From the NCBI GenBank assembly GCA_012295275.1, contig CM022670.1:14570001-14634000 (forward strand): a stretch of 64,000 nt of DNA, written 5' to 3'. Positions 34,450 through 48,872 of this stretch are shown one piece after another. Position 1 is the first letter of the stretch; each line of letters starts with the position of its first letter. The DNA comes from Chrysomallon squamiferum (Eukaryota > Animalia > Mollusca). A program made the position numbers and the translations under genes. The notes beneath the pieces were generated by a model. The model did no database searches, was not told the origin of the DNA, and was given only the letters and a program-made list of their open reading frames with translations.

Positions 34450-35698
34450 TTTTTTATACGTACATTCATTAATAATAAGTTTTTTTTTTTTTATATATAT
34501 ATATATTGATCAGCCTGTCATACAGGATATTATGATTCTAGTTGTGACAAGTTGTGTAGCAGTCGACACTGTCAACAGAACTCTTCATGTCCTGCTGACA
34601 CTGGATCTTGTACTGGTGGATGTCAGGCTGGATGGATTGGATCTGACTGTATTCAAGGTACATATAATACCTGGTTCTGTTACCATATTTGTTTGATATG
34701 TTTATGTATTACTCATTTTATTTGTATATTACACAATATTATCCACACTGTTGTACAATTATTAATTTTCCCAGTGTAAGATCACAGTTTATCCATTATA
34801 ACATTTTGAACCATTTATATTTATGAAACTAGTTTTCGAAAACCTAGAACAGATTTCAATATTTTAGAAACAGTTATTTTAATAGAATGAATGTTTAATT
34901 AGTCACCCATCACAGGAACATGGTTATCAGTATAATTATCTGCCACAAGCTGAACGTACCTTATTTAAAACGATATCTGAATTCTTGGTAGTGTGTATTT
35001 TAGTTTATTAATGTAGTTTTGGTTTCATTCGAAATATCGTTTTTATCGTATTAAATACAATCATTAATTTTCCCACTGTAAGATCAGAGTGTATCCATTA
35101 TAAAATTTTAAACACTGAATTTATGAAATTAGTTTTCAGAAAACTTTGATCAGAATTCAGTGTTTCAGAAACAGTTATTTTAATTGAATGAATGTTTAAT
35201 TAGTCACCCATCACAGGAACGTGGTTATCAGTATAATTATCTGCCACAAGCTGAATGTACCTTATTCAAAACGATATCTGAATTCTTGGTAGTGGGTAAT
35301 TTAGTTTATTAATTTATCATTCAGTCTGGGTTTCTTTTGAAATATCGTTTCTATCATATCAATTATACATCATTTATCACTATAATATACTCTGTTTTAA
35401 TTTTATTTTGTAATTTGTAATCCACTGTCAAGCAGGTTGTAAAAGAACTGACTGTAGTGAAGGTTCACGTCTTTTAACATATTTAAAAGAATAAATACGT
35501 TTATAAAATAATTTATATGTTTATTTTAAATATATTTCGTTATTTGCCCATTGCATTGTCATTGAAACATATATTTATTAAATACCCATTGTTATCAATT
35601 ATGTCAGGAAGGATGGAAAAGAACTAACTAGGATAGTTACATATTTTTTCTAACTGTAGATACACTCATCGAACTATAAAATTAAATATAAGAGCTAC

Positions 35699-35729
<31 letters not shown>

Positions 35730-38139
35730 ATCTTTAATAGAAATATAAAAGGTTATAAAAAAGGTTACAACATTAGTTATAAGAAATTTTTTCTAATTGC
35801 AGATAACTCATTTGACTACGAAACGAAATATGATAGCTAAATTTATTTTCAAACAAAAATTATATATCTATATATATATATATATTAATAGTCTTTAGTA
35901 GAAATATGGTACATTATCATCTAACTGTATTTGCATATATATGGTAAAGCATTGTGTTTTAACTTCTGACTCTGATCATATATTATTTCTTTTCCAGTCT
36001 GTACACGTTACATCAGTTACGGACCAAACTGCATTAAACAGTGTCAGAATCGTCACTGTGCTTTAAAAAACCCACCCTGCGACATCTACCGTGGGGACTG
36101 TGGTACCAGTGGATGTCAGGCAGGCTGGAAAGGAACTGACTGTACTCAAGGTTTACTTCTTTTACATAGTTTTCTAATTGTAAATACATTCATGCATCTG
36201 TTGAGTTAGATTTTCAGTTAAATTTATTTTAATTAATTGTTTTAGAAGACTACTCTTTTAAAGTTTTTCTTTTTAACAGAAGTACAGTGTATATGTATTA
36301 ATCTTTGCTGTATTATTTTTATTTCTTTGATTTATCTGTCAGTCTATTTCTCTGAATATTTATGTTTAAATCATTAGGTTTAGCAATCATTTGATGTTTG
36401 TCCATGCCTTAATAATCATTTAAACATTGTTTTATATTGGACTTTAGTGCACGCTTATCTTTTCTTATATCATTCTTAGCAGTGTGAAATCGTCATTGTT
36501 GTATGTTCGTACTAATCACTTTAGCATGTTGTTTTTACGTAGCACTTTATTGCATGTTCATATTTTCTTATTCCATTTTTACAGATTATAATCATTTTTA
36601 TATTGGTACTGATTTTAATTCTTAATCTCTTTCCAGCATGTAAATCCCAATCTACTTATGGACCTAACTGTGATACAAATTGTAAAGGTCGTCATTGTTC
36701 TTCATCAAATGCACCCTATGATGTGCAGTATGGAAATTGCGGTAATGGTAGATGTCAGGCAGGATGGAAGGGAACCGACTGTACACAAGGTAACTGAATT
36801 TTCACGAATTCTGATAAAACTATATAAATTTATTTATTTTACCTAAATTCTTTCATGAAACATCTTTTCTGGATTTTTGTTTTGAATAGAAATAATAATA
36901 AGAATCCTTATAAAATCTTTGCTATCTTAAAACATTTTCTTGAACATTTTATCTCTCGACTAAGATTATGACTGTCTATATTTAAATCGTTGTTTTATCA
37001 TTTTGATGTTTATAATGCATTTAACTAGTCATTTTAACATGCTTTTAATTTGGGCTTCTACTTTCTTCGAACTGAAAAACATCTCAAATATCTGAAATGG
37101 AAAAATATAAATATGAATGTAGAGTTGCATTACTTGTGATCAAAATGTGATTCTATTTTGAATTCATCAAATATTACAACAGTAAAAGAGTAAGAATTAA
37201 TTATAATTGTATGTTACAGAATGTGAGAAAAATGTGACCTATGGACGTGGTTGTTTGAAGCAGTGTTCTAAACGTCATTGTCTGAACACATCAACGTGTG
37301 ACACAAAGACTGGGGAATGTATTGGAGGTTGTCAAGCTGGATGGCTAGAACCTGACTGTTCTCAAGGTGAAAATTAAAAGCTGATTACTCTCAGGTTTTC
37401 ATTAAAATGAGAAACAGCTGATATTTTAGATACATTTATTAATATAGTATATATATATATATATTACATTATTTCATCAACTTTCTGGATGTTTAAACCA
37501 TTGTTCTCACATTCGCTGTTTGGTTTACGCATGCGTGTGATTCAAACACTGGAACATATATCGGATACTGTCAGCCTGGATGGAGAAACACAGACCGTCA
37601 TAATAGCAATAAACAGAAACTGAAAAGTGTTAACAAATTAGTTTCAACAATTTCATCCATTTACATCTTTCCCTTCATTCAGTGTTTTATTATATTAAAC
37701 TTATTAATTGTACGTATTTTTGTTTTAAATACTAATATTAAGAAGACTATATAGTTTAACTGTGTATGGGTATGTACATGAACAACAACTGTTTTATAAA
37801 TATTTCAGCGTGTGATAATACATATGGAATCGACTGTGGTTACAAATGTAGTGACAGAAACTGCAAGAACGATAACTCATTGTGCTATGTTAAAACAGGG
37901 GAATGTATCGGAGGATGTAAGCCTGGATGGAAGGGTTTAAGCTGTACTAAAAGTAACTCATTTATTTTACAAGCACTGGCTTTCTATTTAAATAATAATT
38001 CTAAATTTAGTTGAACTATTAACGAATATTAATCATTAATAAATAGATAACGAAAGGTTTGGTGACTTATTATTAAGTTGTACGTTCATAACGAACGGTT
38101 TTGTGACTTATTATTAAGTTGTACATACATACAGAGAGA

Positions 38140-38226
<87 letters not shown>

Positions 38227-39316
38227 ATTTGTTTTTCTTCTACTGCTCAATATATAACTGTTTCAGAGTGTGATCGTGGAAGTTATGTGGAAGAATGCAA
38301 CTCTACCTTGTGGACATTTTAAATCAGGAGACTGTGATAGTGTCTCTGGTCTTTTTCTTAATGAGCAAAATTCTATTTTCTTTATGATGTACAGACGCCA
38401 TGTTTGTTTCTTACTCATCGAGATATGATAAAAATTATTTTGAATTTTCGAACATAAAGTTAACAAAGAATTGAATTTAAATTTTATATAATAGGTATTT
38501 CCACTACTCCTGCTGCGACAAACATGATTATTGGAATCGTCGTTGGCCTCGTAGTTGTCATAATCTTGGTTCTGGTTATAGTTGTCGTAATTTTGAGGTT
38601 TGATTTTTTAGTAAATAATAAACTACATTGATTTTTCCTTTAAAATAATTGTTTCATAAACTACAATTAAAATAGGTCTGGGTACACATTTATATTATTA
38701 CATGGAATGCATTACTCATGATTATAAGTTCAGTATAGCTGTAAAACTCACACTGAAAACTGTGCTAATTCAGGTAATTCCAGTAATGGAGAAAGTATTT
38801 ATATTTGAACAGATCTTCAGTTCACGTAAATATAATATATATATTTCGTCTTCTTTATATATATATATATAGTAATGGTATATATAATATATATTTGTAT
38901 TTGAACAGATCTATATATCGGTTCATATGTATGTATAATATGTATATAAAGAACACGAAATTAAGTTTTATTTCTTCTTCTTTTTGAATTAAAACTCGCT
39001 AGTGAATGTCGAAATATCTGCAGAAATGTATAAACGATTTATCCATTATTTACATTTCACTTGTCTCATATGTATCTTTTACATATCGTAAAGTTGAAAT
39101 TATTATATTTTTTGAATGCAAGTATTTAATAAATATTTACTGTTCTAGACGACGGAGAAGATTCAAACACGAATCAGCGGAATCTGTGGACTCTAATAAA
39201 ACACAGAAGTGGTCCTATCCTAAAGATAAACCTCGTAAGTATAATACACTGAAAAGTTGATATTTTACTTTATTTCTAGTTATTTGCTATAATATATTAA
39301 CATATTAGTTTTTATT

Positions 39317-39359
<43 letters not shown>

Positions 39360-39542
39360 TTCACATACGCCACTGTTTTTCTTGAAAACTGAATGTCTTT
39401 TTTCCAATATATGCACATAATATACTGAAAATATGTTATAGGATTTTGTTATTTCCTTGGGTTTTTTTAATTTTAATTTTTATTTTTATTTTTTTCTGTA
39501 ATCATATACTCTATCATCTATATAGCATGCACATGTTGTTTG

Positions 39543-39573
<31 letters not shown>

Positions 39574-41558
39574 GTTTTTTATTCTATCTTTTATTATTAT
39601 TGAGAAAAATATAACTGGTTATATATTTAAGATTGTATTTTCATTTTATTTTATGATCAGAAATAAAGAAATTGTGGAACGACCCACAAACGTCGAGATC
39701 ACACACTGATTTTGGGATTTTGTTTTGTGAACTGTAATAAATGAAGAACTATTTATTTGGTAAACGTGAAAACTAATTGACTGAACTCTTAAACATGAAT
39801 CCATTCTGTGAACAGTTTTATTTTAAATCTACTTTTATTATTTAATTATAGAAGAAGGTAATGTGTACATGAATGTTGCTTATACAAGTCGTCAAGAACC
39901 TGAGGGAGATGAGATTTCAGAGGAGGTTAAACCGATAGAGACGTCTTCAGTGAATGTGGAAGCTGATTTTCCAGTGGAAGAGGTTGATGAGCAAGACGTT
40001 GAAGACGAGAGGTCAGCTTTTGTGTACTACAACATCAACGACTTCACCCTTCCAGGGACAGGTGTGTCTGTCAGTGAACTGTCTCAGGTTATAGATAAAA
40101 TCAGACACCAGCCTGGAGGATTTGATACAGAATACAAGGTTTGTTTTATACAGTGCGTAACTTTACGAAATGAAGTTTGTCTTTACGTAATATAAAGTAC
40201 TTGTGTAGTCAGTTCATATAATAATAATCTTGTCTAGTGTATTATCTGAAATATGTTGTGTATTCATCCAATTTCATTCTCTTCAGGACGTTGTACTGAT
40301 TTAAATTATGTTGTTATGAAAGGTTTTAGAGAAATATGGTTATATTTGATTTCATGTTTCTCAGTACACAGCTAAGATATTTGTTTTACACACTTCATAA
40401 TTCAGATGTTACTTTTTATATAGTGTATGAGCCATGGTAACGACATTCATTTTCACTCTTTCAGAAACTGCCAACCGAATTTACTTCGCCTTACGATGAA
40501 TCACAGATTACAGAAAATAAAACAAAGAATCGATACCAGGGATATTACCCATGTGCGTTGCATAACTATATTTATTATTCTCAGTATTTGTAAATCTGTT
40601 CTTTTTTTAAATTAAATTGATACATTTACTACTTTGTTTTATTTTCTTAGATATGCCTTTTTTCAATTTACTATTGACAGTCGACCTTTAAGTAAATGAC
40701 TAGCTTCTATCATTCATGTCAATCCGGATTAAACTGCCAGTAAATGTAAGTTCTTATTTTTAATAAAGATATAAACGGTTAATTTCCTATTTTGTAATAA
40801 TGTATGAAAGACATTTGTTTTTTAAAATTATCCCTTTGTAGTTCCGCTTAAAGCAAGTTTAAGATGTCTGAGCTTCGTAGAGAAACTAATGTAGTTGTTA
40901 ATTTAAAAATTATTGATTCTTTTATAGACGACAGCAACAGAGTGGTCTTGACACTGCTACCTAGTATTCCACATTCAGACTACATCAACGCCAGCTACAT
41001 TGATGTAAGAGTTTATTTTACTTAATTATATTTGATGTTTCACTTTTATATTTGTTGCAATTTAATGTTACAGGTAGATTACCCCGAAATCAGACACACA
41101 GGCAGACAGACAGACAGACACACACACACACACAGGGTTGAGAGAGATATATTTTTAACATATGCCTACTTTGTTTCAGGCATATTCAGTAAAGAACTAT
41201 TTCATCGCAGCTCAAGGTAAGATATGTGTAAGAAATAAAAGCTCACACTAACACACAATAAATAAATGAAATAAAATGAAACGGAAGGACTATAAGTAAT
41301 TGATAAAAATATATATATAAATTTTTTTTTTAAATTAAAAATAAAAAAATAATGAAAATAAAATAAATAAGTAACAAAAAATAAAAATAATTATCAGCTT
41401 ACGGATTGTACCGAAATAGCTAGATGTTGTTAGTTAATGTAGTTAGTTAAATATAGTAATAATAATAATAACAAATACAACATTATACGAGTAAGATATG
41501 TTATTTTGTATTTATACCTAAACAATTTTAAGACGTCATATTAAACATCATCATCATC

Positions 41559-41607
<49 letters not shown>

Positions 41608-42222
41608 GCACCAAACAGAAAGACTTTGCCAGACTTCTGGAGAATGATTTGGGAGAAGGCTTGTGGACACATCGTAATGCTGACCAAACTTGTTGAAGCT
41701 ACCAAGGTAAACAGCAACAACATTGAATATCTCGATTTACTTCATATTAGTATTTCACAGTGGTACAAGACGATTTCTGTTTTCTCTTACTGTTGTTTAT
41801 TTTCTTATTTTCTACTCGAAATTGGTTATTTTCGTTTTCTTATTTAATTCGCATTAATCTTTGTTTTAGACTAAGTGCGAACCATACTGGTCTGACACCA
41901 AAACTGTTAACATTGGAGCCTTTGCAATTTCTGTTATTGCAAAAGAGGAAAGAAGTGACTATTTATACAGAAAGTTCTCTGTCACTCACAAAAAAGTTAG
42001 TACAGGAGACAAGTATTACTATATATGCTGGTCGATTGTTTTGAAATGTAATGTTTGTCTTTAAATTATATATATTACAAGAATTCCTCTTTATTGAATA
42101 AGTGTAGTTAATGTATTTTGGTTTATAAATATAATAAGTCTTTTCCTTAACATAAATGCAATCAAAGTTTCGTACTTTTTCCCAAAAAAGTATTTTTTAA
42201 AGATGTACCACGTGTTAATATA

Positions 42223-42256
<34 letters not shown>

Positions 42257-43364
42257 TGCATGCATACCGGTCTGAGCAAATATCGTGAAGGGGAGGTAAC
42301 TGACTTAGATAACTGACATTTGTTCTGACATTGGGTTATTTCCCTTATATTCCTTCTAAGCGTTATGTAGTTAATAGGTTCAGTACATCAAAATTAACTC
42401 TTAAAAGCTCTTCGGAATAAAATGGAAACGTGTGCGACATTTAATTTCTAATACTAATTTTGTATTTTCTTTAGTCCGGGAATTCTAAAACTTTTCAACA
42501 GTACCACTTTATTTCGTGGCCAGATCACGGAGTGCCAAATGTTCATGACTTCGTACAGTTTTTGCTGAAAGTGAGAAAAACGAAACCTCTACACCCCGGA
42601 CCAGTAGTTGTACACTGCAGGTAATGCTGATATTTGAGTATGATGATAAAACATAGGAGTTTTAGATGATTATACATTATTATTCAAAAGTCATCGTAAC
42701 TCAAAAACCTTTCTGCTTTGTAATTTGAGTACCATCACTGTATTATTTTTTCACTGTTGTTTTTACTTCAGCGCTGGAATTGGCAGAACAGGAACGTATA
42801 TTGCTCTGGACATTCTGCTGGACGAGCTGGAGGCGACGGGACGAGTGGACATCAGGAAAGTGATGATTCGACTGAGAGATCAGCGCAGAGGTCTCGTACA
42901 GACCAAGGTCAGATTAATTTACTTTTGATCATGTGTTTTCATTATCGTACATGTTTGTGTTGCCACTTTTACTAACATATTATTTATCTTCAGTAATGTT
43001 TATTTTAAGGTTTGCTTCATGTGCTTTTTTCTAATGAATTATTTTTCAGTATTTTATTTTAATAATTCATAGGTTATACAACTGCGTGTCTCTTATCAGA
43101 CAATCAATGAAATATTTAAGCACGCGATCAACTATAAATGATATAATCTGTTAGGTTCATACTACTATAATACTGATTATCAAAATACAATAGTGGAAAT
43201 AGGATACAATAAATATATATTTATTTTATATTAATATTTATATATACAAAACAACATAATATGTATATGTAAAGAAAAATGGTAATAATATATCAGATAT
43301 TTAAATCACTGCCTCCCTCTCTCTCTTTAATTATATACATATATATATATATATATACATATAT

Positions 43365-43408
<44 letters not shown>

Positions 43409-46400
43409 CATCCAGTATAATTTATGACATCAAATATTTTATATTAAAACAGGAGCAGTATGAGACTGTATTCACTGCCCTGCTTGAATTAGCAACGTTA
43501 GGTGACACCAGTCTGAGGAAACCAGACTTTCTTCAGAAATATCCTAAAGAGAAAGGTTCTTTACTGATGGGAAAGAAAACCATAGACCAGCTAGCTGAGG
43601 TAAAAACAAAACATGAACGATTAGCTACAAACAGCTGTTATATTATTTGTTTTGATATTTGTTGCTACTGGTTTCTTGATCTTCTTAAATATCATGATCA
43701 ACTACGATAAACAATCAGAGGGCAAATAATTTAATGCATACACATATTTACGTACAAGCATATCTAGAAGAATACTAGATGATGAAGTAACATCACTAAA
43801 CATCTAGTGTTACATTTCCTTTTCAGGATGTCGTGTCGTTGAATAAGACTCCATATGTAGGTAAGTTCATTTATAACTGCATCCGCGGTTTCTTTAATGA
43901 TGTTCAAGCGTTAGTATGTTTATCATTTAAAACGCATGCACAGAGACAAAGATATATATTTTAAGTGCATTTGTTTATCTTATAGTTATCATTTTAATAT
44001 AAGATAAATAAATGCACATTAGAATTCGTTATACATCCTCCATTGTTTTAGTTATTATTGATATTTTTGTATTTCCTCTATTATTACTTCTTCTGGTTTT
44101 TGTTCCTCTTTCTTTTCTTCTGTTTCATCTTTTTTCTCTTTTCTTAACTTCGCAGATGTTGTGGGGTATTGTTGAATTTAAAATATGTTATAAAAAGGAA
44201 AAATCTGATAATTGAATAATTAACAGCAGCAGTTTAACTTGGGTTGCTTTATTGAACAGAAACAGCTAATGAGTACCAACTCTCGGTTGGTGGCCGTCAA
44301 GACTTCTTCGTTCTGCGCATGCCTGTATGTAATCTATGGAAAATGTTTTCTTTCCTACTGTTAAATAGTTCTGACGTGTCTTTTTTTAATTTTTTTAAAT
44401 TACATTTTTTAATCAGTAACTGAAAAGAGAATTACTCTATTACAAATAATATACCAAAACTGTTAAACCTTTATTCTGAATCCATTTATTAAAACCTTTA
44501 GACCCAGTGAATGATAAACTATACAATATTTTTTGAAATCCACTCTGAACGTTTATCTATTCTCTATGGCATTAATTTGATAATTTATATTCAAATACCA
44601 TACACGTTTATTTTGTCACTGGCGCATTCTTTTATGCGTCAGCCGTTTATCATGACATATCTTTCGAACTCGCTATCTTCAATATATCAACTGCATTTAA
44701 TTAGTTTTGTACTTGATTTATTAGTCAAAGGCGTCCAAACAAGGATATCTGCTGACACCATACAAAAAAGTCACTGAAGAAATTTTCTGGAAACTGGTTA
44801 CTGAAAATAATTCAAGAACAATAATAACTCTGAGTTCTGAGGTAAGAACAAGCTGCAGTAATAAAGGAAAAAGCATAACACAACAATTTCGATGAACATA
44901 TTGAGAAATAATTGAAGGGATGTCAAAATACTTCCAGAGAGAAAACCCGTATAGGCATGTGCAATGATACATTTCATTACTGGAGTGTGTAGAAAAAGTA
45001 GGTTCTTACGACGCTTGCTTTTAGACAGGTATTTTGTAAGTTTTAAACCAGATTATGGATTCATACAGACAGAGTCGAGAATGCCAATTCATTTATGAAA
45101 ATTATCATAGGAACAAAATATTATAATTATTATTGGGATCGCGATGGTTTGAATACAGGTTACTGATCTGATAACTGAACTCTAAATCGCATCAATTTCC
45201 TCTTTATTTAATTAAATTAACTAAATTCATAATATCAAAATAACTAAATATTAAAAATATATCAACTTTGTTAAATGAAGTAGTGAATTCTTCTTTCCTG
45301 TCTTCGCTTATGCACAGTCAGAATATTTAGTCAAATATAATAATATGGGGAAATATGTTTGTAAAATTCATTTTCTACGATAATTGTTTTTAATTGTAAT
45401 TCTAATAAATAGTAATAACATTTGTCGTTTTAACACTCCAGACTTTTTTCTTACAACATTTCAGGTGATGAGTAAAATAATTCCACCAGCAGGACAGACC
45501 ATTCAACGTGGTAAAACGAACATCACAGCTCTCAGAGAGACCTCAGTAATACACGAGATAAACGAGAAGACGCTACACGTGGAAACAAAGGTATTTCGTG
45601 GATAGTAATTGGCTAAAGGTTTTACATGGACTATATATATATAGTACGTCTGAAATATTTACACTGAATATATTTCAGATGTAGAATATTGTATTTTCAC
45701 GTCTTGTAGAACATTTTTGCAATAATAAAGGACGGCTAATTTATGTTATAATAAAAGAGACAATATAGGTGTCAAAATAATAAAGAATTCAGCAATATGT
45801 ATGTGCGTGTGCGGTTGCGTGTGTGTGTGCGCATTGCGTGCAAGCATTTTTGTGTGTAGGTGTTGTTATTCTTTAAACGATTCGTTTTAATCATATATTT
45901 TAATTACATATTCAAGATATTGTCATATTGTAATAACAGGGGGACAAAGAAAAACGAGAGATACAACATTACTGTATTCACGGATGGTTGCCAACCACTG
46001 ACTCTGTAACACTGATAACCTGTCTGACAACAATCAGTGAAAAATTACAGCAAAAGGAAATCACAAAACTCCCTGTCACTGTTGTATATAGGTTAGTTTT
46101 AGTACCTTTATATATTAGTTTCTTTGTGGTATAATATATACAAAGAAATATTTTCATATTTTTAACTTTTTCCATTATTTATTTGCTTATTTATTTATTT
46201 AATTAATTTAAATAAAATATCATTTTGAAGAAAGGTTATATATATGTGTGTCTATAAATGCATTGGTGTATTTTGACTGAGCTAATATTAAAATGTTTTA
46301 TAAATGATTTTTGTTTCGGCATTCAAATAAAATAATATCATTAGTTTTGTTTTTGTTTTGACATGTTTCTGACGATGATATCAGTTAATCTGAACACTTC

Positions 46401-47114
46401 TTTAGGCTCAGCAAAACCTCTAAAGATTTCTTGAATAGTTATTGTACTGAAATGCTGAAGAGCTTTATTTAAATGCATATGTTATTTTTTATTTTGTTAA
46501 TATTTTTATTATTATTTGTTTTTTGTATGTAATATTCGAATTAATACTTTCTATATATGTATATATATGAACAAATATATGTATGCGCCGATATACACAC
46601 ACTCACACACACATGCACACATATATAAACGCACACACACAAATAAAGAATATACACTATGCCTAAATATTATATCTCTTTTTACATTGTTACATTATCT
46701 CTTTCGTCTTCTCTGTATATCTCTCTTTGCTGTGTTATATGCAAATGACATTAAAAAGTATTTTATAATGAACTAAAATAAAACTGTATAATTCTTTTGA
46801 AAAGCAATTAGTTTTAACCCTCTGAAACTTATATCGCTTTTAATGTATAAATATAGCTTCAGAGTTTCTTTACACTGCACGAACATTATACTCTTATAAT
46901 TTGGTACAGAGAAAGTGAGGCTAAAAACGCTCTAACTCTATGCATTGCAAACAACATCTTGTCTGGTATCCGGCTGGATTCAGAAGTAGAGATATATAAT
47001 AATGTAAGAAGATTTCAGGCGGTGATTCCAAACGTAGAGCTGACAAAGGTAATCACTGTAATGTATAAATTTCATTCAAAAGTCAGTTACTTTTTCTGTA
47101 TCTCTAAATGCCTC

Positions 47115-47145
<31 letters not shown>

Positions 47146-47737
47146 ATGTGTAGCCTATTATTCTATGTAAGTATACTTGTGTGTATTAATGCAGATACAT
47201 ACACCTCCTTAAATTTCTATGTATTAATGTGTATATGTGTATGTAGTAATTCATGTATATAAGTAAGTACCTATCTGTCTGTCTGTTTAGCTATCTATGT
47301 GTCTGTATATATCTATCTATCTACCTACCTATCTATCTATCTATATATCTGACTGTATTTATCTGTCTGTATATCTATCTATCTATCAACTTATTCTCAA
47401 TTTATTTCTCTGTATGTATATGTATATATTTCAATATTTGTCTATCTCTTTATTCATCATTATTTCTGATTCTCAATCTATCAACATATTCAGTCGAGAC
47501 TAATTCAAATAAAATGCAACTATTATAAAAGAGTACATGTCTTTGTTTGTATTTTAATTTTTTTTTTTTTTTTTTTTTACTCAGTTTTACTGAATAACGA
47601 ATTTACAAGGACAAAACATAAGACCACTGAAATAATATTTACACAATACTTTATCGTTTCAGGATGACTTTACATTCTTCTGTAATTTGGCTTTCATGAA
47701 CTTGGAGTCATCTTCAGTGTACGCCAATTGTCCTTAG
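31370..47737 (+). CDS. Gene D: receptor-type protein tyrosine phosphatase with F-type lectin + 5 EGF ectodomain, intact D1 and dead D2 (~1091 aa, 26 exons)
   Basis: Exons 31370-31451, 32843-33049, 33544-33750, 34514-34657, 35998-36150, 36637-36789, 37220-37366, 37809-37952, 38495-38597 (TM), 39149-39234, 39852-40138, 40465-40552 (KNRY), 40928-41004 (DYINAS), 41180-41216 (FIAAQ), 41609-41706 (DFWRMIWE), 41870-41995 (KCEPYW), 42475-42620 (WPDHGVP..VHCS), 42772-42907 (AGIGRTG..LVQT), 43453-43599 (EQY), 43827-43860, 44260-44324, 44725-44841, 45465-45590, 45940-46091, 46910-47048, 47663-47737. Exons sum to 3276 nt in an open frame. Confidence 0.9.
34758..35370 (+). repeat. ~300-bp intronic tandem duplication specific to gene D
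   Basis: The block attaattttccca(g/c)tgtaagatca...agtcacccatcacaggaac...gaattcttggtagtg occurs at ~34760 and ~35062, but only once in B and C. Confidence 0.75.
37484..37605 (+). pseudogene. Decayed EGF pseudo-exon in gene D
   Basis: Reads [12 protein letters not shown] [frameshift] [23 protein letters not shown]. No intact acceptor or donor; Cys residues lost. Confidence 0.65.
38267..38352 (+). pseudogene. Decayed membrane-proximal EGF pseudo-exon in gene D
   Basis: After acceptor tttcag it reads [14 protein letters not shown] [+1] [14 protein letters not shown]. Positional counterpart of the intact gene E exon 57815-57949 (ECSPGTFGKNCKSKCGNC...CDRFSG). Confidence 0.65.
40465..43599 (+). 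other. PTP D1 catalytic domain exons of gene D
   Basis: The classical PTP motifs occur in order: KNRY, DxxRVxL, DYINAS, IAAQ, DFWRM, KCxx[20 protein letters not shown], VQTxEQY. Confidence 0.92.
43827..47737 (+). other. Degenerate, shortened PTP D2 pseudophosphatase exons of gene D
   Basis: Residual motifs FWKLV..TIITL, HY..GW and PVTVVYR (His-Cys of the P-loop lost). Ends in SSVYANCP*. Confidence 0.75.
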
Positions 47738-48872
47738 GTAAAACAATGAGTTCTGCATCCTGGATAAAGACAATACTGATTCTTGAACAGAACCCTTAAC
47801 ATTTCATGAAGTTCAGACACAAACATCTGAAACATTCTAGATCTTTAGTTGTTATAATTAACTGTTTTTTTCTTTTTTCTACTGGATAATAAAGTTGTTG
47901 CATAAATCGAAAACTGTAATAAACTTGCATGTATTTATCGCTTGTTTGGAGTTTTAGTGGACTCTAATTTCTAACACAGAAAGAACATTATGTGGTGTCT
48001 TCGTACAGTTTATAGCATCTTTTTTATATAAAGTAATAAAATGATATTAAATTAAAATATGGTTTATTAAGATTTTAGTTACTGTAGAAGGGTACATAAT
48101 TCTAGTAAATCTCATGGTTGTTGTAAATATGTAATTATATTTGTATGTCCGTGTAGCTGTAGGTTTGTCAGTATGTAACTAGGTGAGTAAGTACGTATGT
48201 ATGTACATTTGTGTGCATATTTGTGTAAGTGTGTCTTTATGTAACTGAAATGAATGTGTGTATGTACGTATATGTATTTGTAAGTATGCACGTATATATA
48301 TGCATATAATTGTATATATGTACATTGCTATATTTTATTTTATTTCGATATTAAAATACAATTAACTTTATTTTGTTTTGATATGTTCGTGATGAAGCTG
48401 TCATCCAGTACTGACATTTATTTCAACTGAACAAAAAATAAAATGTTTTCTGAATCAGGAAGCAATCTCTTAAAAACCATTGTTGCTTAGACAAAAATAG
48501 TTATTATACCCGTGCTGAAGTGTTTTGTTTAAGTGTTTATTTTAAATATAAGGTAACCGTCGATAAATATCTCTGTATTTTAAATCCATATTCGGTGTTG
48601 AAATATGAACCATATAGTAACACACCCACACACTCCTGGAATCTGCATGTAACGCAGAGTGGTAAAAACTAATAAATTCCACATTTCTAGCTGAACATCT
48701 TATTATAATGTTTGCATCTTCCGATATGAATTACGAACAATCAAAAGTAAAAATATAAAATGATAAAATAAAAAACAAACTAAAAAAAAAACAATAAAGA
48801 AATATCTAATATGTATTTACAAAAACAATATTCAAACTTAATTACTACAAGGCAGGGTTATTTCCCTTTGTT

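Noticed and set aside
42286-42348. Imperfect inverted motif aaggggaggtaac...gttatttccctt (similar gttatttccctt at ~48857)
   Set aside because: Too short and imperfect to call an element; possibly a fragment of a dispersed repeat.
31370-47737. Assigning a gene symbol such as PTPRA, PTPRK or MEGF10
   Set aside because: The architecture (F-type lectin + EGF + PTP) matches none of those orthology groups, and no phylogeny could be run.
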